From: Psilocybe cubensis
Lineage: Eukaryota
Assembly (NCBI GenBank): GCA_017499595.2
Contig: CM039009.1
Location: 1,364,001-1,428,000, forward strand
Reading direction: 5' to 3'
DNA: 64,000 nt
The translations under genes were made by a program, and so were the position numbers. Each line of letters opens with the position of its first letter. Position 1 is the first letter of the stretch. This document shows, in pieces, positions 34,470 to 47,038 of this stretch. The notes beneath the pieces are model-generated. The model had not been told where the DNA came from. It worked only from the letters and a program-made list of their open reading frames with translations, and ran no database searches.

Positions 34470-35921
34470 TTGGCTGCACGCGACTCGGTCCGCGATATCA
34501 CACTTCTAATGTCTATTCTATCACACCCGTCGGAAGACACTCCTCCACCAACTCCCACCAGACCACCCTCATCTCATGGGCCGTCAGGGAAGCTTCCAAT
34601 CGAGCTACTTTCCGAAATATTTCTGTTGTGCGTTGAAGAGCGCATGGACGAATGGAACACGATCCGTATCCCCCTATTACTCTCCAAGATATGCTCGCGA
34701 TGGCGATCTGCAGCCATCAGTAACCCAATTCTGTGGTCGCGCCTGTCGATACAGCTATCGGGAGCTGCATCCAAAAGTATGACGGCCATTGTCGACACCT
34801 GGCTCACAAGGTCCGGGAAATGTCCCTTGACAATATATGTCTTTTGGGAGGAGCCGCCATTCTCAGACAATCACATCGTGTTGGAGAAGCTCATGGCCCA
34901 TTCGGAGAGATGGAAGACGATGTTCTTCTATCTGCCATACCGCGCCTTCAAGTCGTTCTCCAGTGTGCGCAACCGCCTACCCATGCTCACCGAGCTGAGC
35001 CTTGGAACAGACGACGATGTCGTATTACCTTCCCCCAGCGTGTTCAACCCCAGCCACTTCGACATGTTCGAAATTGCACCCCGCTTACGTTCCTTAGAAT
35101 GCGTCAATTTCTCACCAACCATTCTCAACTTCCCATGGTCACAGCTCGAGGATATCCCTCTACTGTCGGGAAACATCACGGACTGCCTCGACATCCTGGG
35201 TCGGGGGAAAAGGCTCTCGAAACTGAGCGTTATATTCGTGCAGGGCGGGCCTCTCACGTCGCCTGCGCAGTTCCCGCACGTGTCGCACCAACACCTGACG
35301 TGTTTCACGATCATGACGCCGCCGTGGAATGAGGTTATTGACCTCAGCGCTTTATTCCCCCGCCTGACACTCCCGCAACTGGAGACACTCACAATATGCA
35401 ACCTGAACTCGACGTTCGGCGACAAGTTTACGCAGTTCCTCTCAAGGCTGCACACGCTCAAGACGCTACACCTGCGGAAGACCGCGCTGCCGGACGACCA
35501 GCTCGTGGAGGGGTTGAAGCACCTGTCGTCGCTGACGAGCTTGATCGTCCTATCGTCGTCACCGACGCATCATGATTACCCTGCGGAGAATGAACCCACG
35601 GTGACGCGGTACCTCCTAGAGGCGCTCACGCGCAACTTTTTCTCGGAGAATACGATGGATGGGATGCTGCTCCCGCGTCTCCGCCGGCTAGAGCTGACTG
35701 TCGGCTCATCTGCGGCGAGGGAGACCGAGGCGTTTATCGATATGGTCCAGTCCCGTCTAAGGGACGATGAGGAAGAGGGTTTGGCGAGGCTGGAGCATGT
35801 GCGTGTGCGGCCGTGTGTGGATCTCGGTGACGAGTTCCTTGTCAGGCTTATTGAGCTGAGAGATTTCGGTCTGGATGTAGAGGTGGAGAGTATGGGTAAT
35901 GTATCAGCGAATGTGTGTTGA
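34470..35921 (+). CDS. F-box / LRR-like protein (agaricomycete expanded type); possible upstream exon from 34173
   Basis: KLPIELLSEIFLLC...PLLLSKICSRWRSAAISNPILWSRL...WLTRSGKCPL, followed by LPxLxxL repeats. Confidence 0.9.
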   Translation: MAARDSVRDITLLMSILSHPSEDTPPPTPTRPPSSHGPSGKLPIELLSEIFLLCVEERMDEWNTIRIPLLLSKICSRWRSAAISNPILWSRLSIQLSGAASKSMTAIVDTWLTRSGKCPLTIYVFWEEPPFSDNHIVLEKLMAHSERWKTMFFYLPYRAFKSFSSVRNRLPMLTELSLGTDDDVVLPSPSVFNPSHFDMFEIAPRLRSLECVNFSPTILNFPWSQLEDIPLLSGNITDCLDILGRGKRLSKLSVIFVQGGPLTSPAQFPHVSHQHLTCFTIMTPPWNEVIDLSALFPRLTLPQLETLTICNLNSTFGDKFTQFLSRLHTLKTLHLRKTALPDDQLVEGLKHLSSLTSLIVLSSSPTHHDYPAENEPTVTRYLLEALTRNFFSENTMDGMLLPRLRRLELTVGSSAARETEAFIDMVQSRLRDDEEEGLARLEHVRVRPCVDLGDEFLVRLIELRDFGLDVEVESMGNVSANVC

Positions 35922-36941
35922 GGTGCGAAGAGCGGGGTGGTGGGGAGCGAGCGAGAGCTGATGTGGGGTTGTGTGGGTTGTTTTGTGTGTGTGGATGGGA
36001 TGAGATGGGGGGCCGGATCGCATCCGATCAGATGTCTTTGCGATATGGGATTTATGTATGACACATCGTGGACAGAAATACGAGGGTGTGCCAGTGGAGG
36101 GGGTGCTTCGACATAGGGGCCGGGGGAGATATCTTATCAGTTCTTGCGTTGTTTCGACCTTTTGCCTCCGAGTCGACTCATGGCTCATGGGCTCGATGCT
36201 TCGCTCGGATAATCTTGGAATTACACGTCAAAGACAAACGACTTTTCATCATGCCAGAAGCCACCCATTTTCGAAGATCGGAAAATATAGACAATGGAAT
36301 CAGTACAGTATGCACGCATCCTTTTTCGACAAATTCACCGCAGATAAAAATGATTTTTTATTAAAAAAAGGTACTATTTTTGTTGCCCGAGCGACATCTC
36401 TTTGCTCTTGATCAGTATTTACTTCCTGCAGCAATCACCACTCATCGTCTTTCGTTTGATACATCTTAAAGTATGCTCATATGTCTCCAGGGGACGTAAT
36501 TCTATAATGAATCACTCATACGAATATGCCAGATATTTCAAATGTTTTTTGATGCATTTTGAAGGTATGTTTGTTATGTACGTAGTAGCTACAATGCAGG
36601 AATGCGGGGTAATGATGATGGCGGTGATAGTGTTACAATTATAATAATACAATGGGAGCGTTCGGGAGTGCGCTATTGCAGTAATAAACTGCGCATCAAA
36701 GTACAAAGTGATAAAGCTAAGATTAAGCAGGGTGATGCGATGGTTTAAAAATAGAACGTTCTTCTATCTCTTGGATAGTGTCGTGAGATGCGTCGAGTCG
36801 TTAATTGGGAATGAGATGGGTATAATGGTAGCCGGGTATACATCGTTTGCCAGGGAAACGAAGAGTATGGGGGATAGTGAAATGCAATGCGTCGAAAGCT
36901 GGTGGCGTCGAAGCCACGGTGGTGTTGTGGTAGTGTGTAGC

Positions 36942-37559
36942 TCACTTCAGCATAAGGTCCCATCTCCCTGGCACTTTGCTCGACTTAATACCATAGAACG
37001 TCGTATGCTTCCCAAGGAAGTCAACGCGTTTGAACCCCTTGCTCATCTCCATCTCAAACATCTCAGGGTCGACGATCCTCCTGCATCGTTCGTGATACGC
37101 CGCGGTGACGGCGGCCTTCCCAGCAGGGGAAAGAGTGGCGAGCTCGGCGGTCAGGACGGGTTTGCGTAGAGCAGTGTATATTCCGTCGAACACGTCGCGC
37201 ACGGTGACATATGACCTGTGGCTGCTCGTCGGGTAGATGGTGAGCATCCATGGAAGTCGATCACACACGACGACCAAGGATGGCGCGGAAGGGTGGGTGG
37301 CAGGCTGGTCCCAGATGTGAGCGGGAACGGAGTGCGCCATGTACACGGGGTGCTGGGTGATGTCGCAGTTGAACATTCCGTTCTTGGGCTCGAGGAAGGG
37401 GTTGACGGCGGACGTCCCTGGGAGCGGTGTGCAGTGGTAGGGAGAGTTGAACCCAAGGGGTGGGGGAGTGCATGGTTCCTCCTCAGAGGGAAGGGATGAT
37501 GAGGACGACGCGGGTGAGGGCGTGTCGTCGAAGCGGACGTGCTTCTGTTGCTTGGACAT
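36942..37559 (-). CDS. DUF6699-like protein
   Basis: QPATHP..LVVVCDRLPW...YVTVRDVFDGIY..LR...GFKRVDFLGKHTTFYGI. Confidence 0.75.
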   Translation of the reverse strand: MSKQQKHVRFDDTPSPASSSSSLPSEEEPCTPPPLGFNSPYHCTPLPGTSAVNPFLEPKNGMFNCDITQHPVYMAHSVPAHIWDQPATHPSAPSLVVVCDRLPWMLTIYPTSSHRSYVTVRDVFDGIYTALRKPVLTAELATLSPAGKAAVTAAYHERCRRIVDPEMFEMEMSKGFKRVDFLGKHTTFYGIKSSKVPGRWDLMLK

Positions 37560-39465
37560 TGTGTGTTTGTGAGCGCGGAACTGGTAGTTGGTGTTGGTGG
37601 TTGTGGACGCGATGATTGTGGGCGACGGAATTAAAAACGTGTTGTGGTCAGGCTAGATATACCTGGACTTGAAGCGGAATAAGCATCGCATCCAGAGGTA
37701 TATAAATGAAATGATCATAAGTAGACCCTGGGAGACGGCGGGGAGAATCATTTGGACTCTGTACTCGTATTGAGTCACTGATGCAATCTTCAGAAAACAA
37801 CATAAGAATAAGTCGGGCTGTCACAGCCCCCGCTGCCGCAGTATCGCGCACTCGTAACTCAGCGTCAATGTGAGTCATAGCCCTGCGCCGCGGCTACGTG
37901 ATAGATTAAGAAAGAAGGGTCACCTGGCTGCTTTTAGGCGCGCGTTCACGTGCGTACTCACTGCCACGTCGCCCCTTAACACTGCCCGTCCTCTTTTTTA
38001 CCCAGGCACGTTATCATGGACGAAGCTTGTAAAGTCCCAGATGCGCATTCGCACCATTTTCGCAACATGAGAAGATGCAAACTCGAAAAAACTGTAGAAT
38101 GGATAAATTTTCGAGTCTGCATATTGGACTGGAAAAAGATCAGATAACGGCTCGGCAGATCTCTGAAAAGACTTCAAAAGAGTCATATCATGATGGTGTC
38201 CACTGGATTCAAGGGTTGTCCCACTAGCTAACGTGACTCTGTCTTATCCCTCTTCCCTTCTCATGGTTTCGCCGCCGACAGCGGAGGAGAAAAAAAACAC
38301 GAAGACAAGAGAAAGACGCACTTTCGCCGCTTCTCACCACCGAGCGTATATCATATGCATTGGGCGGAAGCGGGTGGATCTTTGCCAGGATGATGACTTC
38401 GTGTCGGCTCGCAGTTAACGTCTTCCCGTTTGAATGTTTATGACGCACTATGCAATTTTCAATGGATTATCGACCTCGACGATGCCAGTAAAGTTTCCCT
38501 CTCCGTGTAAGTGACGCATACAATCGGCGTCGGCCAAGTACTTGTCCTAGTCGCAGGGAATTAAGCTTTAGGTACTTCGTAACCACAGTCCATCAAGGGA
38601 TTCCGAAGCATTGCGTAGTCAAGCTATGATTCCATTCTGAGCACAGAGCACCTACTCTCATGTATATGTCTAGTGACACATCGAACCATTTCAGATAACC
38701 TCACATATCGAACCATTACGGCTCTCACTCTTTTTGAATAGAGAAGGAGCTGCGGGGAGTTGATTTGACTTCCAGTCAATCATCAATGATAAGTGCACAG
38801 TGCAAAGTGCGTCCCGACCTCAAGTGAAATATGAAGGAGCTCCTATGGCCCCCCTTCGGGGCGCTCGTTACTGTGACGATGTACGTCAACCTCACAGGGT
38901 GGAGCTGTCCAACGTCGATCGCATTCAGTCAAGCGATAAGGTCCTTTCACACGAATGCTGTCCGTTTACCCCGCTCAACGCGGCGTAGAATTAGCGCTAA
39001 GCGCCCGCGCCTATCTTCTAGGCGCCTCGAAGAGCATTTAGGGGTTCGGCCGGCCAGACGTGATTAATGGACCGGGCGAGGCAATGCGCAGCCACATTTG
39101 GGGAGCAAAACGTTCAACGTGGTCAAGACGTGGTTGTGTATTCGTCTGACGCGCCTGATTGCCATAGATAGACGCATACTGCTGTACTTGGAATGGAATT
39201 GAAGGTCACATATAGTTTTCTGCGTACCTCTTTCAAAGTTAGTAAAGACAACGTATGGAAGCTCTATTTGCAGCAACGTGATTACGCGGCTCCATTTTAG
39301 ACTTCGTCCAGAAGTGTCTTCATCAGAGAAATTTTCTAGCAGGAATCGCAGACATCGCTTGTTGGGACAGCCATGCATACTCGTTTATAGATTCAGAGTC
39401 ATCGACCCCAAATCAGTACGTGTACAGAATCTTGCATGTAGCCCACTAGAAAAATCTAGATAATT

Positions 39466-40924
39466 CTATGCAGTCTTCTCTTTCCATCTAGGCCAACATT
39501 TAGACGCATTTAAAGGACAAAGCTGTGAAGCAAAAAAAACTCACAGATCCATAAAGAACTGCCATAGAACAGAGAACATCAAGCCCTGCAAACCGTTTGC
39601 CAAAATGCGCGTCTTCAAGCCTCGTCCGAACAATCCCTTCAGACCGTCTGTCGCAACCACTGCCCGGGCAGCGGCTGTATAGCCGATTCGGGTCTCGTTT
39701 ACTTGGCGGTATGTCTTAACGACTCGGAGGGAGTTGGATACAGTGTCGGAGGCGACGGAGGCCACAAATCCGATAAAGGCTCGGCGGAGCAGTTTCTGGA
39801 AAACGGTGTGTGCAATTGGAAGGTTGGCCGAGAGGTAGTTGTATGTGCCGAACCACTGAATGTAGTAGATAAAACCGTTTAGAATTCCTTGACGCGCTCG
39901 AAAATATTCAAGTACGAACGGGATAATGCCCCACAAATGTGGCAGCGGCAGTGGCGAAGGCGCCGTACCACAAACTTCCAATGCCGTATCTTTTAACCTA
40001 CAGCAGAAAATGAAGATGAAATGAAATCGACGTCCACGATCAGATAAACGCGCAAGACATACGCGGACTTTAAGAATAGTAATGCCAGGTTTTCCCTGTG
40101 TCTGCAATGTGGTCTTGATAGTATCAATAGGTGTTAAAATCATTCTAAATGCGGCTGCAGCCAAGGATGCGAAAACAGATTTGAAGAGCTCTGGCAGAGT
40201 TTTCATGTATGGGTTTGAGTTGAGGAGCGCAAGAATACCAGCGTTGGCAGCGGTGTCTCCGAAGCGAGACACTGGGCCTTGAACGAGGGCGGCTGTGAGT
40301 CCCTGATAATACCGAGACCAACCTCCATCGGCGTAGAGCGTGTGGATAGCTTGCGTGGTAGTCGTCCCGTATCGATATTGATAGTTCATTACAGTGCGTA
40401 GAGGCTGAATGGATTGCGAACCCATAAATAAACACCTTTCGTGTATTCGAAACGCAAGTCGCCTACCATCAACGTCAAAACCTGGAGAACCATGGCTAAC
40501 ACCCATTATGGGTAAGCGATGACGCTAGCTGCTTCTTGAGGCGACGTACCTGCGGCGCCACTAAGACCACCTCCAAGGGCACTCTTCAGCGCACCCGCGA
40601 GGTCAAACTGTCAAGATAACGAACATTTGACCATTATAGTCATTACCGAGAGGCAGAAAAGGATTGGATGCGCACGTCTTTGTCTCCCGAATCAATGAAT
40701 CCCTTGATGAGCAACCCCAAGACAACGAGTCCTCCAACAATGAGTGCCGCGTAGAACGTGTACCATTTCCACCCAAACTCGTCTTCTTTCGAACTTGTAG
40801 TCACTACTTCGTCAGGTTCTATGAATTGCACATGGACATTGGTTGTATCGTCATTCCTGGATGGTAATAGAGGACTCCGTTCGTCGCTGACACCCTGCGA
40901 CGAGTTTCGATGCGTCGCCGACAT
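39466..40924 (-). CDS. Mitochondrial carrier family (SLC25) protein, multi-exon
   Basis: PLRTVMNYQYRYG, PIDTIKTTLQTQG, SLRVVKTYRQ, GLKGLFGRGLKTRILANGLQG; last exon WKEKTA* ends at 39466. Confidence 0.9.
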
Positions 40925-41298
40925 GGTGGTGGTGGTCAGGTTCTGAGGATGAGAAGACCCGGAAGGTCAGCCGGCTGAAGCTTTGAAAGCCATGAACGTT
41001 TGATCTGCTATTAATAAGACCCCAGTGCGAAAGAGAAACCACAAAACGCCATTACCAATCGTTATCACGCTAAATTCCCACGACCAACTTCCAAATAAGT
41101 TCAAAGCAGTCACGTGCGCTGTCTGGCGGGGCGAGCGGACCGCGATAACACTTATTTTTCGAATCGATCCATCGCTCATTCACTTCCACCAACGTCTATT
41201 CATGCAGACGTGCATCTGATCGTTGACTAGCTTTCTCTTTACCCAACACATCTAAAAGTTAAACGACCTCCCACTCATTTCACCGACCGCGCTTATCC

Positions 41299-43361
41299 AT
41301 GGCCGCGGAACCGCCCACTACCTCCTTCTCCTCTTCGGGTGAAGATGTCATCAGTCAGGTTATAGAAGTCACACCCGATACCTCTGCAGACGTTCTTTCA
41401 CTTGAAGAATTTGATATATTCTATGAAATCAGACGAACGGCGGAGGAAATCGTGCGGGGAGACTACAAACGCGTAAGCACCGCTTTGCATCGCGCTGGCT
41501 AACTAATGAACTGTGATCTCGTTCACGAGCGCAGATTGCTCTTCAATTCCCAGATGAACTCTTACACGACTCTGTGCCCATATTCCGACGATTGAATAAA
41601 ACCATAGCAGAACTTGAAGCGGAAGGCGCCACAAGCACGATTCGAGAACTATACGTTTTAGCTGATACATCCTACGGAAGGTATGGATTAAGCGTCTACC
41701 TGTCGGCTATCGCAATCTTAATGTTAACTATTAGCTGTTGCGTGGATGAAGTGGCGGCACAGCATGCCAATGCCGATCTAATAGTGCATTATGGGCACGC
41801 TTGTATGACTCAGTGAGCGCGCATCTTCAATTATCAGCTGTAGATTTAGTAACGGAGAACACACAGGACGTCCCGGCTCCCTGCTATCTACGTGTTTGGG
41901 CAAAAGCAGATTGACGTCGAAAGATGTGTTGCAGAGCTTATGAGGGTCTTCAATCGTGACGAGTCTGAGAGGGAGAATACAACGGAGAAGAGGGCTGTTT
42001 TGCTGAAACACGATGTGACATTTGCACATAAAGCTGGTCTGTTCTCTTTCTGGCATCTAACCATTCCTCTTCTAAATACTGTGTCCCTAGATGAGATTGT
42101 TCAATGCCTTCGTCAGGCTTTGTCTCAGAGCGTTCCCCCCATCCCTCTTCTTTATCACAAAATCCCCGAAATGACTTATCCCTCTTCGGCTACCTCTGCG
42201 GCCAATCCCTCCTCTCATCCAGTAAACGATCACGATCCAGAGACAGATTTTCAATTAGAACACACGATAATATTTTATGTTGGCGGGGAAAGCCTGGGGC
42301 TGAGCAACCTTCTCATGACCAATTCTTCCTGTAATGTAAATCATCTCCCCCTCTCTTCGGCGACGTAGTTTATCTGAACATCTCTATCAAGGTGTATACT
42401 TATAACCCCACAACCCAGACGGCTTTGCATGAATCGGCCACAGGACGAACAAATAAAATGCTCATGCGGCGCTACGTAGCAGTGCAGAAAGCACGAGACG
42501 CCGACGTCTTTGGCATCCTAGTAGGAACTCTAGGCGTCGGTAGGCTTTTTTACGTTCATATTCCCGACCTTAAGTCGTAATTAATCCTTTGACAGCCTCG
42601 TATCTCCCCCTCATCTCCCATATACGGCGCCTGCTGGCTCGCAAGCAGAAAAAGAGCTACACTATCAGCGTAGGGAAGCTGAATCCTGCCAAACTCGCCA
42701 ACTTCCTCGAGGTAGAATGTTTCGTTCTAATAGCATGTCCAGAAAACAGTCTTATTCAAGATAAAGTCGGTACAACATCTTCCATTATTACCTCTGTGCC
42801 CACCTGTACTTATCTGATGGATAGGAATTTTTACGTCCTATAATCACTCCGTATGAGCTTGAGGTTGCGATGCAGGCGGAACAAAGCTGGACAGGTCGAT
42901 ATGTTCTCGATTTCGAGAAGCTCCTTGCCGATGCGAAGGCTACCGCGCCTGGGGAGGGTGCAGACGACGGGACATCAAAACACGAAGATGAAGGCACAGA
43001 CAGCGATCCCGATCAACCTGTTTTCTCCCTAGTGACAGGGACATATCGTCACGCGAAGAGATACGGAGGTCAGTAGTTATATCCCAGATATACTTATCAT
43101 CGTTACTAATGGGGTCTCGTAGGGAAGCATGATGTAGAAGCGGAACAGAGTCTAGTGGAAAACACCTCTGCCATGGTCATCCGCAATAAAGACGATCAGG
43201 TCGCGATGATCGACAGCGCTGCTGGTCAATTCCTCCAGCAGCGGACGTATCAGGGCCTGGAAGTGCGTATGGGAGAGGACGCGCCAAGTGTTTTGGAGCA
43301 GGGACGCAGTGGAATTGCCAGAGGTTATCAGGACGATAAGTCGCATAAAGAGTTTGAGTAA
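41299..43361 (+). CDS. DPH2: Diphthamide biosynthesis protein 2, multi-exon
   Basis: [86 protein letters not shown]. Confidence 0.95.
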
Positions 43362-43551
43362 GTTTCAAATCAAAGGTTGATTTAGAAAGTTTACTTTGTA
43401 ATCTTGAAGTCAATTGGAGAAAATCAGGCAAGTAAAAAACTTGAATAGAAAAAAGGTTTTTATTACCTTAATTTTTTTTTTTTGACTATTGATAAAGACT
43501 GATTTTCACTCCAATGCTTTTTCAAAAATTGAATATATTTTTTGTACTATA

Positions 43552-44150
43552 AATCATAATTGTTGGCATAATTGTGGCATAATTGGGCATAATTGTCCTG
43601 ACAGGACGGGGGAATCAAAACCAAAGGTGTCAAGCTAAGGTCGACGGAAAGAAGAAGTGGGGGTAAGCGAAAGGAAGAATGGGGAGCAGGAGGAAGGACG
43701 AAGAAAAGGAGAGGGGAAGGTACGGAAAAAAGAAGAGAATGGGGAGTGAGGACAGGAGAAAGAAGGGGGTGTGAAGCGGAGGAGAAGGTGGTGGGAGGAG
43801 AAGGTGGTAGGAGGAGGTGAAGCGAAGAAAAGGGAAGGGCGGGTAGAAGAATAAGGTGGGAACGGAGAGAAGAGGAGAAGGGGGGATATGGGGATGGGGA
43901 ATAATAAATAAAGAAATAAAAATAAAAATAAAAAATGGAAGAAGAACGAAGAATAAATAAATAAAAAAGTCGAAAAAGGAACAAAGATGGTGAAAAAATA
44001 AATTAAATACAAGGACCAGAGAAATCCGAAAAGGGTGAAAGGGATGGGAAACAAGAGTAATAATAAAAAGAAACTAACCAAGAAATTGAAATGGGTATAA
44101 AATGAAGATGAAGGAAAAATAAATTAAATAAACAGAAAAGAAAAGACGAA
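43552..44150. repeat. Short GCATAATTG tandem repeat followed by a ~500-bp purine-rich low-complexity tract
   Basis: (G)CATAATTG x4 at ~43553-43595, then nearly pure A/G sequence. Confidence 0.75.
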
Positions 44151-44316
44151 CTCGAAACGTAACCGGGGTATATGGGTGCAAAATCGAAAGCTAGATGTTG
44201 AGGCTGCTGACGAAGTATGCAAGAAAAGGGAAATTGGAGATGGCAAACTGTTCAAAATAAAACAATGAGAAATGTGCAAAGGGTAAATTAGAGAAAAAAA
44301 ATACCTGCAGTGCACA

Positions 44317-47038
44317 TCAGAGCGCCTCAAGCTCGAAGGACGATTCGGCGCCGTCGCTTGGGCTGGCAACCCTATCAATGTTGGAGTCAGAGGTAGGGTC
44401 CCAAGCAGGCGGTTGCTCGTCCTCGTCTCCGTAGAAGGAGAGAGAGTCGGAGGATGCGTTGGCATTCTCCTGACTGAGCTCCTTGCAGTCGAAAACGACA
44501 GATAGCGACCCTGTCGTGTTGTTCTCGGGCGTCGTCACTCCCGTCAGCTCAGAGAGATCGTCGTAGCACGAGCTGAACTCCTCCATCGACTCCTCGCTCC
44601 GCAGGTAGTCCGCAACGTGAGAGTCGCTGGGGCAGACCACGTCCGAGTCGCCGGAATCACTGGGCGAGGCGGGTGAGAAGTCGTCAAGGCTATGTTGAAT
44701 GTCGATAGCCAAAGACGGCTGCGAAGCGCAACCAAAGTCCCGGTAGAAAAGGCCGTAAAAGTCGTCGTCGCCGACTACGGCCTCGCGAAACGCCTTGAGA
44801 CCCGCCTGCCTAGACTCTTCCCATCGTTCGTATTCCTGGAGCAGGACCTCGTCTTGCTCGACTGAGGGTGAGCTGTCAGCCTCGGTTTTGGTCGACTCAG
44901 ACGGCGAGTCCCCGGTGTCGACGGCCTCCGCGAATATCTCATAGGCGGGAATCCGGCTCTTCTTCACGATGCGCAGAGGTGCGACGGAGTCTTGAGAGGA
45001 TTCGCCGGGTCCTGAAGCCGGCGTGAGCCCCGAAGTGTCTGAAGACGTTGTGGACGCGTCTTGGGTTGCCGAGGTGGATGGGGTGACCTCTGGGACTGGT
45101 GCTTGCCTGAGGCTCCGGTCTCTAAACCAGACCACAGACTGTGGGCGAATATACGTTGAGTCGAAAGAGGACTCCTGTAATTGCCCCAAAAGAGATTCCA
45201 CGCTCACGTCCGAGTAGGCTTCAGCTGCTGTGAGGATAGCATAAGCCGCCGCCTGCTGGGTGTCGATGATGAACTGGTCTGCGGTAGATTCTTCCTCAGG
45301 CCTAATCGGATATTTGCGGACGTCGGGGAACTGGAATTCGTTTATGTCATAGCTGTGTTGGTTGGAATGAATGCGAGGGTTGGTTCCAGAGTTGCTGAGA
45401 GATCCAGAGATTGAGCCCTGGGTGGAAATGGCTCCCTGACAATGCACGTTTCCCGAGAACTTGCCACCAGAAGGATTAATGTCAGCCTCCCACAATGGAG
45501 CAGCCCCGGTGGAATTGTCTCCTCCTTGGGCGCCAAACAGGGCGCCAACGAGTTCAGGAGAACTGGGAACGGAAGTCTGAGCAGTATCGTCTGAGCCTGA
45601 TCCATAGTATGCTCCAGCGCTCGAAGTAGAACTTTCGCTGGCAGGGGATTGAGGGATTTGTAAATCCTCAGAAGAGCGGGTGGGGACTTCTTCAATGATT
45701 TCGTGGCGCGCAACGGAGAACTTTGGGCCTGGAGGTGTATGACGAGGGATATCGGGGAACTGCGCGATGATATCGAAAAGGGACTCTCGCTGCCTGGCCC
45801 GCTTTTCTTTAACCCTGCGACTCTTCTTCTCGGGAAGCTGAGTAAAGGATACCTCTGCAAATGATGATAGAAAATGTGAATCAGTTCAAGAACATACATG
45901 CATGCAGAATGAAAGCATACCATATTCAGGCTCGCGTCTATTGTCCTTGAACATAGTCTTGTAATGTTCTGGCCAAATGCCAGGCGAACTGACGTCCATG
46001 GCATCCACATCTTTTACACTGAACAAGAACGGTTTGTGTGCGAGATCATCGACGGCGGTAGTCTCATGGCTACTCTCGCTTTGATCGTGAAGTGTACCGA
46101 AAGCTTCCGCAGGAGAACCTGGAATTGCTGTGACGACCTGATCGATACTGTCTCCAAGCGTAGGTCCCTCGAGATATTCGACCTTAGCAGTAGATGGAAC
46201 ATGAGCGTCGTAATGTTCGATTTTGGCGCTTAAACCTTCAGAGATATGGCCGTGATAATATTCGATTTTGGCGGTGGACGCAATATGACCGTCGAAGAAT
46301 TCGACCTGAGCGCTTGAAGGTTCAATGACTGGGCCTTGGTAATATTCGACTTTAGCCGAAGACGGGGTATGGTTGTCGAAGTACTCGATCTTGGCACTGG
46401 AAGGTTCGATAATAGGGCCATGGTAATATTCGACTTTCGCAGTGCATGCGACAACCTTCAACGTTCCAGGTGTAATGATGACTGGCTTGACGACATCTAG
46501 GGACGACTTCGTTAGAAGGTGAAGAATAAAACAGCAAAAATGACATACTCATAGTCCTATCCTGAACATTCTTCAAGGTGGTATCGAGGATTCTGGATTT
46601 GACAGGGTCGACGGCCGACATACGGGAGCTGGGACGACGGGTGGGTTGGTCATATCTTGCATCGTTGGATTGTTTTTCAAAAAATTTGGAATGAATCCTC
46701 TTTTCAGACATCTTCATGGCCTGATTAATCGCGTTCAAATCGATATCGACAAATTCGTTGGTGCTGGAGGCGCGGAGCCCGTTACCGGACTCGACATCTT
46801 GGTTGACACTTCGGACTAGAGGAACAATAATCAGAATATGCGGATAAAACATGTCATAAAATGAATTCATACCTGTGCTGAGTTCTTTTTCATGCTTGGT
46901 CGAGTCCGGGAGACCGGCTTCGATGTCGCATGCTTTGGAATCAGCTTTCCTCCCGAAGGCGAACAAGCAGATGAAAGATGCCCAGACAGCACCAAAGAAG
47001 GTGGCGACGGTAGAAAAGAAAGTGCGAATGTTGGCCAT
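44317..47038 (-). CDS. Multi-exon Ser/acid-rich hypothetical protein with N-terminal hydrophobic segment and AK(V/I)EY repeats
   Basis: ORFs 46352-47038, 45886-46461 and 44317-45495 can be linked by introns. FFGAVWASFICLFAFG segment near the N-terminus. Confidence 0.7.

Noticed and set aside
37648-39463. Short ORFs between the DUF6699-like gene and the carrier gene
   Set aside because: No coding signature; likely promoter or intergenic DNA.
43547-44465. Phe/Ser/Pro-rich minus-strand ORFs
   Set aside because: Produced by low-complexity pyrimidine sequence that lacks stop codons.
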